DNA from: an uncultured Acidobacteriota bacterium | Lineage (GTDB): Bacteria; Acidobacteriota; Thermoanaerobaculia; Gp7-AA8 | Reading direction: 5' to 3' | NCBI GenBank assembly: GCA_963741955.1 | Contig: CAVUKB010000005.1 | Span: 544,001-608,000 of the forward strand | DNA: 64,000 nucleotides | Shown here: positions 31,122-40,339 of the stretch, piece by piece | How positions within the stretch are numbered: position 1 is the first letter of the stretch | Layout: every line of letters begins with the position of its first letter | Made by a program: the position numbers and the translations under genes | The notes under the pieces: generated by a model | Databases searched by the model: none | The model's input: the letters and a program-made list of their open reading frames with translations, nothing else | Told to the model about the DNA's origin: nothing

Positions 31122-31814
31122 ATGAGTACGCCACAGCCCCAGACCGGCTTCTCTTACAACATCGACTGCAGGCCCGACTTCGCGTTTCTGACCGTTCGCG
31201 TTCCGGCCAATGAAACGCTGAAGGTCGAAGGCTCGGCCATGGCCGCCATGAGCACCAACATGAAGATGAAGACGAAGATGCGCGGAGGATTCTCGCGCCT
31301 ACTCACCGGCGAGTCGCTCTTCATCAACGAGTTCACCGCCGCCGGCGGACCGGGCGAGATTCAGATCGCCCCCGGCTCGCCGGGTGACATGGCCCACGTC
31401 GCCCTTCAGAACCAGACCATGTATCTCCAGAACTCCGCCTACGTCGCTTCGTCGATGGGGATCAACGTCGAATCGAAGTGGCAGGGGGTGATGAAAGGAT
31501 TCTTCTCCGGCGAGTCACTCTTCCTGATCCGCTGCTCCGGTTCGGGAGATCTCTGGTTCAATACGTATGGCGCAATGATCGAGATCGACGTCAACGGAAC
31601 ATACGTGGTCGACACCGGATACATCGTCGCATTCACTGAAGGACTCGACTATCAGGTGACGCGCGTCGGCGGATACAAGGCGCTCTTCTTTTCGGGTGAG
31701 GGACTGGTCTGCCGCTTCAGTGGACGGGGAAAACTCTGGATCCAGACCCGGCAGATTCCGTGGTTCGGCCACTGGATCTGGCCGTTCAGACCGGAGAAGA
31801 AGAGCAACGACTGA
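31122..31814 (+). CDS. AIM24/TIGR00266 family protein 3
   Basis: GGAGGAG RBS; TGESLFIN, VDTGYIVAF and FSGEGLVCRF. Confidence 0.88.
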   Translation: MSTPQPQTGFSYNIDCRPDFAFLTVRVPANETLKVEGSAMAAMSTNMKMKTKMRGGFSRLLTGESLFINEFTAAGGPGEIQIAPGSPGDMAHVALQNQTMYLQNSAYVASSMGINVESKWQGVMKGFFSGESLFLIRCSGSGDLWFNTYGAMIEIDVNGTYVVDTGYIVAFTEGLDYQVTRVGGYKALFFSGEGLVCRFSGRGKLWIQTRQIPWFGHWIWPFRPEKKSND

Positions 31815-31920
31815 AGATCTCGCCTCTGCAGCTGAGGGAGTGACACGCGACCTGCGTCACTCCCTCCAAAGTGGACGCCGGCATGCGATGAGGTCGTAAA
31901 GCTCGAAGCTCGTACGACTC

Positions 31921-32220
31921 TCAGTCCACCTTGTCGAGTACCTTCAGGAATTTCTCGTACGGGAGCGCCTGCCATGTTTCCACCGTGGCGGCGCCTTCGG
32001 AGCGGGAGATCAGCGCGACCCGCTGGGCGGATTCGTCGTTCTTCGCCTCGTAGATGTCCATGAAGTCGTACGGGCCGAAGATCGCGTAGTGCGCGATGAA
32101 CTTCACGTCCGGCACCTTCGTCTTCACCTTCTCCAGCCACGCCCTTCCCGCCTTCTGTCGTCCCTCGGAGTCCTTCAACGAGCCCGGAGCGAGACGCGTC
32201 ATCAGCACGAATGTCGGCAT
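31921..32220 (-). CDS. GYD-domain protein
   Basis: 99 aa; HYAIFGPYDFMDIYEA motif. Confidence 0.8.
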   Translation of the reverse strand: MPTFVLMTRLAPGSLKDSEGRQKAGRAWLEKVKTKVPDVKFIAHYAIFGPYDFMDIYEAKNDESAQRVALISRSEGAATVETWQALPYEKFLKVLDKVD

Positions 32221-32237
32221 GAGTCACCCCCAAAAAC

Positions 32238-32355
32238 ATCTGTTATCTGTTATCTGCTATCTGTTATCTGTTATCTGCTATCTGCTATCTGGGGATCTTG
32301 GGATCTGGAGCCTGAGGTTCGATCGATCAGATATCAGATCGCAGATTCCCAGATA
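32238..32355. repeat. Heptamer array (ATCTGYT)x7 followed by degenerate inverted CAGAT units
   Basis: Read directly; 7-nt period. Confidence 0.85.
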
Positions 32356-32544
32356 GAACGGATGTCTCTATGTGTGGTCGAGGGTGGCGGGATGTCAACA
32401 TCGAGCGGCGAGCGGCCCGGATCGACCAGGTTACGCCGCCTTTCAGGCTGTCCGAATTCTGCGTTCGGCCTCGCCAATGCAATGGCGGGGCTGTTGAGCC
32501 GGGAGTCTGCGCGTGCGGCCCGCTCGCCGCTCGTCGCTCGTCGC

Positions 32545-33288
32545 TCATCCCTTCGCGAGCAGCTGGCGCACGGCGCGGGTCTCTTCGAGGAGCCGCGTCG
32601 CGGCCGCGACGGCATCGACGGATTCGACGGCGGTCACGGAGTGGTGGTCCTCCGGATCGCCGAGCCCCGCATCGCGACGGCGGCGGACTCCTTCGCGCAC
32701 CACGTCACGGATCTCCTGAGCATTCGAGACCCCGCGAAAGTAGGCGACGTGCATCGGCTCGACCAGCGGCTGCTGTTTGCTGCCGTGCGTCCCTGCCGCA
32801 CCGCTCGACCCCCTTCCGGCCGTCCGCACTTCAACGTCGGCGATCCCGAGGAGTCGTTCGAGCGGTCCCTGGCGGATGGAGATGTTCTGGATGTTCGCGA
32901 AGGTCATGGTCTTCTCCCGCACGGTGACGATCCCTTCCCGGATCCGGATCGCACGATCGGAGACCATGTACCAGCGCATCTCGTAGTCGAGACGGCGCAC
33001 CGCGAGCCCGAAAACCAGGTGACCCGCAAAAAGGAGCCAGATCACCACGTCGAGTGCGATCAGCACTTCCGTGGCCGCCTCTGACGCGCCGCCACCGAGC
33101 GTGATCGCCATCACCACGGTGAGGCCGACCGCTGCGACCAGGAGCGCGAATTGCGCACCACCCCATCGGATCACCAGGAGCCGGAAGTAGTTCTCCCCGG
33201 CGCGGAACACGCGCGGGGGCGATCCCGGCGGCGGCTCCGGCTCGGCGGGAACGCGGAAGAGGCGGAGCACCGGCCCGCGCCAGTTCAT
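32545..33288 (-). CDS. Membrane-flanked bacterial PH-domain protein
   Basis: Two TMs then IRIREGIV...IQNISIRQGPLERLLGIADVEVRTAG. Confidence 0.82.
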   Translation of the reverse strand: MNWRGPVLRLFRVPAEPEPPPGSPPRVFRAGENYFRLLVIRWGGAQFALLVAAVGLTVVMAITLGGGASEAATEVLIALDVVIWLLFAGHLVFGLAVRRLDYEMRWYMVSDRAIRIREGIVTVREKTMTFANIQNISIRQGPLERLLGIADVEVRTAGRGSSGAAGTHGSKQQPLVEPMHVAYFRGVSNAQEIRDVVREGVRRRRDAGLGDPEDHHSVTAVESVDAVAAATRLLEETRAVRQLLAKG

Positions 33289-33809
33289 CGCGATCTCTCC
33301 GCCGTCCGCGCGAGCTCTTCGCGGATCCCGTGCATCTCCGAAGCGACCTCGGTGAGGATCCGGGCGAGATCGTCCGGCTCGGATGCCGCAGCGGGTCGGC
33401 CCGCTGCTCCCGGACTCTGCACCCCGCGCATGCGTGAATAGAGGTAGTCTCGTACCGCGGCAAAACGGTGGATCCCCTCGATCACCATCTCCGCATCGGA
33501 GCTGCCGCTCGCGGTCTGGATCTGGATCCGCGCGAGTCCGAGCCACCGCTCGACGAAGTTGCTGACCAGATGGATGTCCTGGATCCGCGCATAGGTCAGC
33601 GTGATCTCGCGGCGGAACAGAATCCCCCATCGCATGGAGATCCCTTCCCCGTCGAATTCGTAGCGCATGGTATGGAAGCGGAAATAGAGAGGGATGAGCG
33701 GAATGAAGAACAACGGCCCGAGGAGCAGCGAGGTGATGAAGTAATAGCGGAATAGCGCCGGGTCGGGACGCCGGATGGTGAAAATCTCCCGTTCGAGCTC
33801 TGCATTCAT
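33285..33809 (-). CDS. Membrane-flanked bacterial PH-domain protein
   Basis: RWGILFRRE...YARIQDI...VERWLGLARIQIQTAS; overlaps its partner gene. Confidence 0.82.
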   Translation of the reverse strand: MNAELEREIFTIRRPDPALFRYYFITSLLLGPLFFIPLIPLYFRFHTMRYEFDGEGISMRWGILFRREITLTYARIQDIHLVSNFVERWLGLARIQIQTASGSSDAEMVIEGIHRFAAVRDYLYSRMRGVQSPGAAGRPAAASEPDDLARILTEVASEMHGIREELARTAERSR

Positions 33810-33895
33810 CTCTCGATCATAACTCTCATTCGTTCCGGTGACGCCGGCTGCCGGAGGGATTAGATTGGCGAAAGAAGATCGAAGAGGAGGAAGCG

Positions 33896-34552
33896 ATGGG
33901 AATCCTCAAAGACGACGATCGGAAGGAGATCGGAAAGATCTTCGACGCTCTCGAGAATCCGGTGACACTGATCAACGTCACCCAGAGCTTCGAATGCGAG
34001 ACCTGCCACGACACGCGGGAGCTGCTCGAGGAGCTCAGCGCACTCTCGGAGAAGGTCCGGTTCGAAGTGATCGATTTCGTGAAGGAGAAGGCGAGAGTCG
34101 ACGCGCTCGGAGTGGATAAGATTCCGGCCACCGTTCTGGTCGGCGATGACGATCGCGGGATCCGCTTCTACGGAATCCCGGTCGGTTACGAGTTCGCGAC
34201 CCTCCTCGAAGACATCGTGATGGTGTCGAAGCGTGAGTCGGGCCTCTCTCCCGCATCGAAGGAAAAGCTCGCGGCCGTGACCACTCCGGTGCATCTGGAA
34301 GTGCTGGTCACACCCACGTGACCGTACTGTCCGCAGGCGGTCCGCCTGGCGCATCAGATGGCGTACGAAAACGAGCACATCACCGCCGACATGGTGGAAG
34401 TCACCGAGTTCCCGCAGATCGCGCAGCGCTACCACGTGATGGGAGTGCCGAAGACGATGATCAACGGTTCGGAGGGTGTCGACGGCGCCGTCCCGGAATC
34501 GCACATGGTCGAGCGGATTCTGTCGGGACTCGAACCGCACCCGATGAGTTGA
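33896..34552 (+). CDS. Protein-disulfide oxidoreductase (AhpF-N-terminal-like, two thioredoxin folds), probable selenoprotein (TGA at 34319-34321)
   Basis: N-terminal CETC; VLVTPT-TGA-PYCPQAVRLAHQ...VMGVPKT continues in frame, giving UPYC in place of the canonical CPYC. Confidence 0.85.
34334..34348 (+). promoter_or_regulatory. Candidate bacterial SECIS hairpin
   Basis: CAGGCG-GUC-CGCCUG; the loop G lies 19 nt after the UGA. Confidence 0.65.
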
Positions 34553-34605
34553 TGAAGAAGCGCGAGTGCGGCTCCCGGAGCCCGCAGGATTCGCGAAGAG
34601 TCCAG

Positions 34606-34641
34606 CGACGCAGGCCGGCGCGGGAGCACCGGCCTGCGTCG
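34606..34641. terminator. 13-bp inverted repeat between convergent genes (possible bidirectional terminator)
   Basis: CGACGCAGGCCGG / CCGGCCTGCGTCG; no U-tract. Confidence 0.45.
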
Positions 34642-34663
34642 TTCCGGAGGAACGCTCCGGCGA

Positions 34664-36067
34664 TCACATATTGATCATGTGACCCATCAGGCCGTGCGCC
34701 GCTTCCTTGATCGCCTCGCTGAGAGTCGGATGCGCGTGCACGTTGCGCGCGACCTCCTCCGCCGTCAGCTCCCACTTCTGGGCGAGCGTCAGCTCGGGAA
34801 GGAGCTCCGTCACGTCGGGTCCGATCAGGTGCCCGCCGAGGAGCTCTCCGTATTTCTTGTCGGCGATCAGCTTGACGAATCCGGCCGTGTCCCCGAGTCC
34901 ATGGGCCTTCCCGTTCGCAGTGAAAGGGAACTTGGCGACGGTGACGTCGAAGCCCTTCTCTCTCGCCTGCTTCTCGGTGTAGCCGAAGCTCGCGATCTGC
35001 GGCTGGCAGTACGTCGCGCGCGGCATCATCACGTAGTCGAGGGTGATGGTCTCCACTCCCTTGATGTTCTCCGCCGCGATCACACCCATCGCCTCCGCGA
35101 CGTGCGCCAGCATCAGCTTCGCCGTGACGTCACCGATGGCGTAGATGTGCGGCACGCTGGTCTGCATCTTCTCGTTGATGTCCACCGCTCCGCGGTCGGT
35201 GAGCTTCACTCCGCTCTTCTCCAGACCGTAGCCTTCCACCCGCGGCTTGAAACCGATCGCCTGAAGCACCTTCTCTGCTTCGAGCACCTGCTCCTTCCCG
35301 TCGGATCCCTTGACGGTGACCTTCACGTTCGATCCGGTGTCTTCGATCGACTGGACGGCAGTGCCGGTGAGGATCTTGATGCCTCTCTTCTTGTACTGGC
35401 GCTGCAGCTCCTTGGAGACCTCTTCGTCCTCGAGCGGAACGGCGCGCTCGAGGAATTCGACGATCGTCACGTCGACGCCGTAGCTGTTCATCACGTACGC
35501 GAACTCGACCCCGATCGCTCCCGCTCCGGCGATGATGATGCTCTTCGGGAGCTTCTCGTCGAGGATCTGCTCCTCGTACGTCACCACGCGCTCGCTGAGC
35601 TTCGTACCGGGAATCAGCCGGGTGGTCGCTCCGGTCGCCAGGATGCAGTGCTTGAAGCGGAGGGTTTCCTTCTTTTCGTCGTTGAGCTCGACTTCCATCG
35701 AGTGCGGATCGGTGAACGTCGCCCATCCGTCGATCTCATCGATCTTGTTCTTCTTCATCAGGAAATGAACGCCCTTGACTCTCCCGTCCGCCACGCTGCG
35801 GCTCCGCTGGTACGCCGCGCCGTAGTCGAATTTGACGTTCCCTTCCACTTCGATCCCGAAGGTCTTCGCCTCGTGCTGGAAAATGTTGACCAGCTCGGCG
35901 TTGCGGAGCAGCGCCTTGGAGGGAATGCAGCCGACGTTGAGGCAGACTCCACCCCAGTACTTCTTCTCCACGATCGCGGTCTTCATCCCCAGCTGGCTCG
36001 CACGAATGGCGGCAACGTAGCCACCCGGTCCCGCTCCGAGTACGATCACATCGTATTCCCTGGCCAT
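34664..36067 (-). CDS. lpdA: Dihydrolipoamide dehydrogenase
   Basis: [28 protein letters not shown] and HAHPTLSE. Confidence 0.95.
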   Translation of the reverse strand: MAREYDVIVLGAGPGGYVAAIRASQLGMKTAIVEKKYWGGVCLNVGCIPSKALLRNAELVNIFQHEAKTFGIEVEGNVKFDYGAAYQRSRSVADGRVKGVHFLMKKNKIDEIDGWATFTDPHSMEVELNDEKKETLRFKHCILATGATTRLIPGTKLSERVVTYEEQILDEKLPKSIIIAGAGAIGVEFAYVMNSYGVDVTIVEFLERAVPLEDEEVSKELQRQYKKRGIKILTGTAVQSIEDTGSNVKVTVKGSDGKEQVLEAEKVLQAIGFKPRVEGYGLEKSGVKLTDRGAVDINEKMQTSVPHIYAIGDVTAKLMLAHVAEAMGVIAAENIKGVETITLDYVMMPRATYCQPQIASFGYTEKQAREKGFDVTVAKFPFTANGKAHGLGDTAGFVKLIADKKYGELLGGHLIGPDVTELLPELTLAQKWELTAEEVARNVHAHPTLSEAIKEAAHGLMGHMINM

Positions 36068-36196
36068 CAGAATCTCCTCACGACAGGACTGCCAGCCCGC
36101 CTCACACGGTCTCTGCTGCGGAGACGGTGTGAGAGATCCGGGCTTGCCCCGGTTTTTCGCCGGTTCCGCCCGGCGGCTGGTCATTGTATGACAAGT

Positions 36197-36563
36197 GAGA
36201 TCGCGGATCGCGAATTGTGGATCGTGGATCTGCCGTCACGTCTCGAACCGGTCGACCACGTCGTACGCGACGGAGTGCTGCGAGGGTGGGCTCGTTCCAG
36301 ATCCACTCCCAATGGAATTCGAACGCCGGTCGATCCGCTTTTGAAAGTCTCGAACCGGCCTGATCGCGCGGGCCAGACCTTCGATTCGCGACTGTCGATC
36401 CTCGATCCACGATCCTCGATCCTCGATCCTCGATCCTCGATCCACGATCCTCGATCCTCGATCCTCGATCCACGATCCTCGATCCTCGATCCACGATCCA
36501 CGATCCTCGATCCACGATCCACGATCCTCGATCTTCGATCCTCGATCCTCGATCCTCGATCTC
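36197..36563. repeat. Heptamer array: ~24 x CGATCCW (36396-36563) with a short inverted (GGATCG) arm at 36197-36230
   Basis: Read directly; lies between divergent genes. Confidence 0.92.
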
Positions 36564-36576
36564 AGATGCCTTTAAG

Positions 36577-38265
36577 ATGCCTACTCCCTTTCTTTTCGGA
36601 GCTGCCGGCGCGATCGCGCTCTTCTTTCTCTGGACGCGACTCCGGACCATGAGCTCGCACCGTGACCGGTTGCAACATTTCCGCCGTCACTGGGGACGCG
36701 CAGTCGACCGGCGCCGCGATTTCGACGACATCTCTCTCCTCTTCCGCCTCTCCGCCGAGGGGGACGGGTCTCCATCACTCGACGAGCGGAGCTGGGAAGA
36801 CCTCGACCTCGATTCCGTTTTCGCGGCGATCGACCGCACCGGTTCGCCGGCGGGCCAGCAGGTCCTCTACTCCCGGATGCGTCACGCGGGCCTCGGGGAG
36901 AAAGAGCTGTCGGAGTTCGACACTCTCGTAGACCGGCTGCAACGCGATCGGGGAATCCGCGAGAAGCTGCAGCTCGCGATCGACCGGCTCAGTCACGCCG
37001 ATGCCCACTATCTTCCGTGGCTCTTTCTCGACGAGCTCCCTCCCCGCCCCCGGTTCCGCTGGATCTTTCCTCTGCTGACCACATCTGCGGTTGCGGCGAC
37101 GGTACTCACTGTCGCCGATCCCAGATTCATCCTTCTCGTGCTGGCGGTCATCGTGGCGAACATCGCAGTTCATCTCCTGTACCGCAGCCGGATCACCCGC
37201 TTCATTCATCCGCTCCGGCTTCTCAACGCGCTCGTCGACACCGCGGGGCGCGTAGGAAAGATCGATCCGGAAAGAGGACGGACCGGACGTCTGGCCCGGC
37301 TCTCGAGCGAGCTCAAACCCCTGCAGCGTGCCACGTCGTGGCTCCGCTTCGAGAGCGAAGCCTCGTCGGACGAGCTGTCGAAAATCGTCTACTCCTACTT
37401 CAACATGTTCCTCATCATCGACGTGAACGTCTTCGTCTTCGCGCTCGAAGGCGTCCGCCGCAACCAGGCGAAGATCCGTGAAGCGTTCGAGCGGATCGGC
37501 GAGATCGACGCGGCGATCTCGGTGGCGTCGTGGCGCGGATCGCTCCCGTCGTACTCGGTTCCACGCTTTACAGCGACTCCCGGACTCTCGGCCACCCGCG
37601 TCTACCATCCACTCCTCGCCGAACCGGTTCCCAACGACATCCGCATCGACGGAGAATCGGTCCTGATCACCGGCTCGAACATGTCCGGCAAGAGTACGTT
37701 TCTCCGCACCATCGGCGTCAACGCGGTGCTTGCGCGATCGATCGCGACGGTCGCCGCAACGTCGTGGGCCGCCCCTTCGCTGCGCCTTCTCACGTCGATC
37801 GGCCGCGGCGACAGTCTTCTCGAAGGAAAGTCCTACTACCTCGGCGAGATCGAGCGCATCGGCGAGATGCTCGTCGCGAGCGACAGCCGCGAACCTCATC
37901 TCTTCCTGATCGACGAGCTTTTTCGCGGAACGAATACCATCGAGCGTGTCGCGGCGGCAGAAGCCGTGCTTCGCTATCTCTCCGGACGGGGACATCTTCT
38001 GTTCGTCGCCACGCACGATCTCGAGCTGTGCGATAGACTCGACAGGGACTTCGTCTTCCGTCATTTCCGCGAATCGGTCGACCAGGGAGAGCTGTCGTTC
38101 GACTACACCATGCGCGAAGGGATTTCTTCGACCCGGAACGCGATTGCTCTTCTGGAGCTGATGAAGTACCCGCAGACGGTGGTCGACGATGCGCTCGCCG
38201 CCGTCTCGAAGAGTCCGCAGGTGGCGGCACGAGCCGAACAGGAACCGGAGGAGATCTCGTCATGA
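36577..38265 (+). CDS. Membrane-anchored MutS-family ATPase (domain V only)
   Basis: LITGSNMSGKSTFLRT, SYYLGEI, IDELFRGTN and VATHD; TM segments; no mismatch-binding domain. Confidence 0.85.
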   Translation: MPTPFLFGAAGAIALFFLWTRLRTMSSHRDRLQHFRRHWGRAVDRRRDFDDISLLFRLSAEGDGSPSLDERSWEDLDLDSVFAAIDRTGSPAGQQVLYSRMRHAGLGEKELSEFDTLVDRLQRDRGIREKLQLAIDRLSHADAHYLPWLFLDELPPRPRFRWIFPLLTTSAVAATVLTVADPRFILLVLAVIVANIAVHLLYRSRITRFIHPLRLLNALVDTAGRVGKIDPERGRTGRLARLSSELKPLQRATSWLRFESEASSDELSKIVYSYFNMFLIIDVNVFVFALEGVRRNQAKIREAFERIGEIDAAISVASWRGSLPSYSVPRFTATPGLSATRVYHPLLAEPVPNDIRIDGESVLITGSNMSGKSTFLRTIGVNAVLARSIATVAATSWAAPSLRLLTSIGRGDSLLEGKSYYLGEIERIGEMLVASDSREPHLFLIDELFRGTNTIERVAAAEAVLRYLSGRGHLLFVATHDLELCDRLDRDFVFRHFRESVDQGELSFDYTMREGISSTRNAIALLELMKYPQTVVDDALAAVSKSPQVAARAEQEPEEISS

Positions 38266-39038
38266 TCGCGATCACCCGTCCCGTCAGTCGATCGATCGAC
38301 CGCTGCGAGCTGACGCACCTCGCGCGAACTCCGATCGACTACGACAATGCCGCACGGCAACACGCCCACTACGAAAAGGCACTCCGGTTCCTCGGCGTGG
38401 AACTGGTCCGGCTCGAACCGCTCGACGCCCTCCCCGATGCAGTATTCGTGGAAGACACTGCGGTCGTCTTCGACGAGCTCGCCGTCCTGACCCGTCCGGG
38501 CGCGGAGTCGCGGAGGGCCGAAGTCGACGCGATGGAGCCGGTTCTCGCTCCCTATCGCCGGATCGAACGAATCACCGCACCGGCCACGCTCGACGGCGGC
38601 GACGTCCTCCGCATCGGCAGAAAAGTGTGGGTCGGAATCTCCGGACGCACGAATCAGGAAGGGGTCGATCAGCTCCGCGCGATCCTCGCTCCGTTCGGCT
38701 ACGAGGTGCAGTGCCTCGACGTCTTCGGCTGCCTTCATCTCAAATCGGCGGTGACTCTGGTACGCGAGACTCCGCAGCCGCTGCTCCTTCTCAACCCTGC
38801 CTGGGTCGATCCCTCCGCGTTCGCGCCGATGGAGAGCATCGCCGTTGCGCCGGAGGAACCGATGGCCGCCAACGCGCTTCTGGCCGGAGACGCGGTCGTC
38901 TTCCCGTCGGAGTTTCCTCTCACCGTGCAGCGGCTGCGCGAGCGCGGTCTCCGGGTCCTGGAGGTCGAGGCGTCGGAGCTCGCAAAAGCCGAGGGCGGCG
39001 TGACCTGCTGCAGTCTTCTGCTGGACCGGCGGGACTGA
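38262..39038 (+). CDS. Dimethylarginine dimethylaminohydrolase (amidinotransferase superfamily)
   Basis: PDAVFVEDTA, LDGGDVL, LHLKSAV and KAEGGVTCCS. Confidence 0.9.
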   Translation: MIAITRPVSRSIDRCELTHLARTPIDYDNAARQHAHYEKALRFLGVELVRLEPLDALPDAVFVEDTAVVFDELAVLTRPGAESRRAEVDAMEPVLAPYRRIERITAPATLDGGDVLRIGRKVWVGISGRTNQEGVDQLRAILAPFGYEVQCLDVFGCLHLKSAVTLVRETPQPLLLLNPAWVDPSAFAPMESIAVAPEEPMAANALLAGDAVVFPSEFPLTVQRLRERGLRVLEVEASELAKAEGGVTCCSLLLDRRD

Positions 39039-39114
39039 GCGGAATCTTGCCTCCGCGCCTCCTCTGACGGAGAATGACTCCTCACCCGAAGTGCAGGAAG
39101 CTGAGGAGGCTCTC

Positions 39115-39573
39115 ATGAAACGACTGATCTGTGCCCTGCTGTTCGCCGCACTCTGCGTGACACCCGTCGTCGCGCAGGAACATCCCGAACACCCGACCCA
39201 CGGCAAAGACGCCGGAAAAGCGAAACCGGTCGACGTCAACGCGCTCGAGACCGCGATTCAGAAGATCGTGGCCGATCAATCCCACGACGGCTGGTACGGA
39301 TTGAAAGACGACCAGACGAACCAGACCCGCGAGCTGCAGCTCGTGAAGGTTCACAAAGACCGGCTGAGCCGGGTCGCACCGAAGACCTACTTCGCCTGCG
39401 TCGACATGAAGCAGAAGGACGGCACGATGGTCGACGTCGACTTCTTCCTCGACGAAACCGATCACGGCCTGACGATGAAGGACGAGACGGTTCACAAGAT
39501 CGATGGGAAAGCGCGGTACGACTGGAAAGAGAAAGAGGACGGGACCTGGGAGCGGGTGCCCGTGACGGAGTGA
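39115..39573 (+). CDS. Secreted hypothetical protein with an N-terminal EHPEHPTH motif
   Basis: GAGGAGG RBS, signal peptide, strongly biased codon usage. Confidence 0.75.
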   Translation: MKRLICALLFAALCVTPVVAQEHPEHPTHGKDAGKAKPVDVNALETAIQKIVADQSHDGWYGLKDDQTNQTRELQLVKVHKDRLSRVAPKTYFACVDMKQKDGTMVDVDFFLDETDHGLTMKDETVHKIDGKARYDWKEKEDGTWERVPVTE

Positions 39574-39600
39574 CTCACGGCTGACGCGAGAGTTCCGGTT

Positions 39601-39626
39601 GCGGTCAGGCCCCGGAGCCTGACCGC
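39601..39626. terminator. 10-bp hairpin between convergent genes
   Basis: GCGGTCAGGC / GCCTGACCGC. Confidence 0.45.
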
Positions 39627-39646
39627 GACGATCTCAGGAGATCCGC

Positions 39647-40143
39647 TCAGTCGTTCGTCTCGTCATCCTCTCCAGCCTCGCGCCGGATCGTCTCGAGCTC
39701 GGCAATGACCTCGAGGTCTTTCGGTCGTCCCGCCGCGCGCTTCATCGAGATCAGGGAATCGAGGTCTGCACAACGGCATTCGAAGCCGAAGAGCTCGACG
39801 GTCATCGCACCGTCGAGCAAATCTCGGTACGAACCTCCACCGGCGACCTCCCCGAGAAGGTCGATAGACCCGATGTCCGTCGTCAGGGTGGCTTGAGCCC
39901 CCGCCGAAGGGTCGGAAGATCGAACGAGAACGGAAGCCCTGGAGGTGCACCGCGCAGATACGGGTGGATCGGCGCCAGCGCTTCCACGAGACGGGCGAGA
40001 TTCTCCGGCGACCGCGCGTAGACGATGTCGAGAACGGAGGTGAGTCTCGACGACCCATGAATGGTCGCAGCGACTCCACCGACGACGATGAAATCGACTC
40101 GCGTTTCGACGAGGCGTCCGAGGAGTCCGCGAAAATCAACCAC
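39647..40143 (-). pseudogene. Frameshifted small nucleotidyltransferase (DUF6036-like)
   Basis: FIVVGGVAATIHGSSRLTSVLDI, then a 1-nt shift near 39890 to TLTTDIGSIDLLGEV...MKRAAGRPKDL; the expected DxD reads VLD. Confidence 0.72.
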
Positions 40144-40330
40144 GCTTCCGCCGTCGCGCTCTTCGTCCCGCCGCGTGCAGCTCCTCCGCGAGCTTCTGCA
40201 GCTCCTGAAGTGCGAGAAGCCGTTCCTCGGGGGTCTTTTTCAGGTTCTCCCGGATCAGAGTCCGATCGACGTCCTTCATGTAGACGGCAACGACCGGGTC
40301 GATCGGCTGCTCGGAGCGTTTCGCCTTCAT
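40136..40330 (-). CDS. Small helical protein upstream of the nucleotidyltransferase (possible antitoxin-like partner)
   Basis: DVDRTLIRENLKKTPEERL; overlaps the NTase start. Confidence 0.6.
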   Translation of the reverse strand: MKAKRSEQPIDPVVAVYMKDVDRTLIRENLKKTPEERLLALQELQKLAEELHAAGRRARRRKRG

Positions 40331-40339
40331 CGGTTCATT

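Noticed and set aside
34664-36067. Functional link between the stand-alone lpdA and the adjacent Sec oxidoreductase
   Set aside because: The genes are convergent and separated by a hairpin; adjacency alone is not evidence.
36102-36650. ORFs with SRIEDRG / SSILDPR repeats
   Set aside because: These are translations of the heptamer DNA array in several frames, with no evidence of a real protein.
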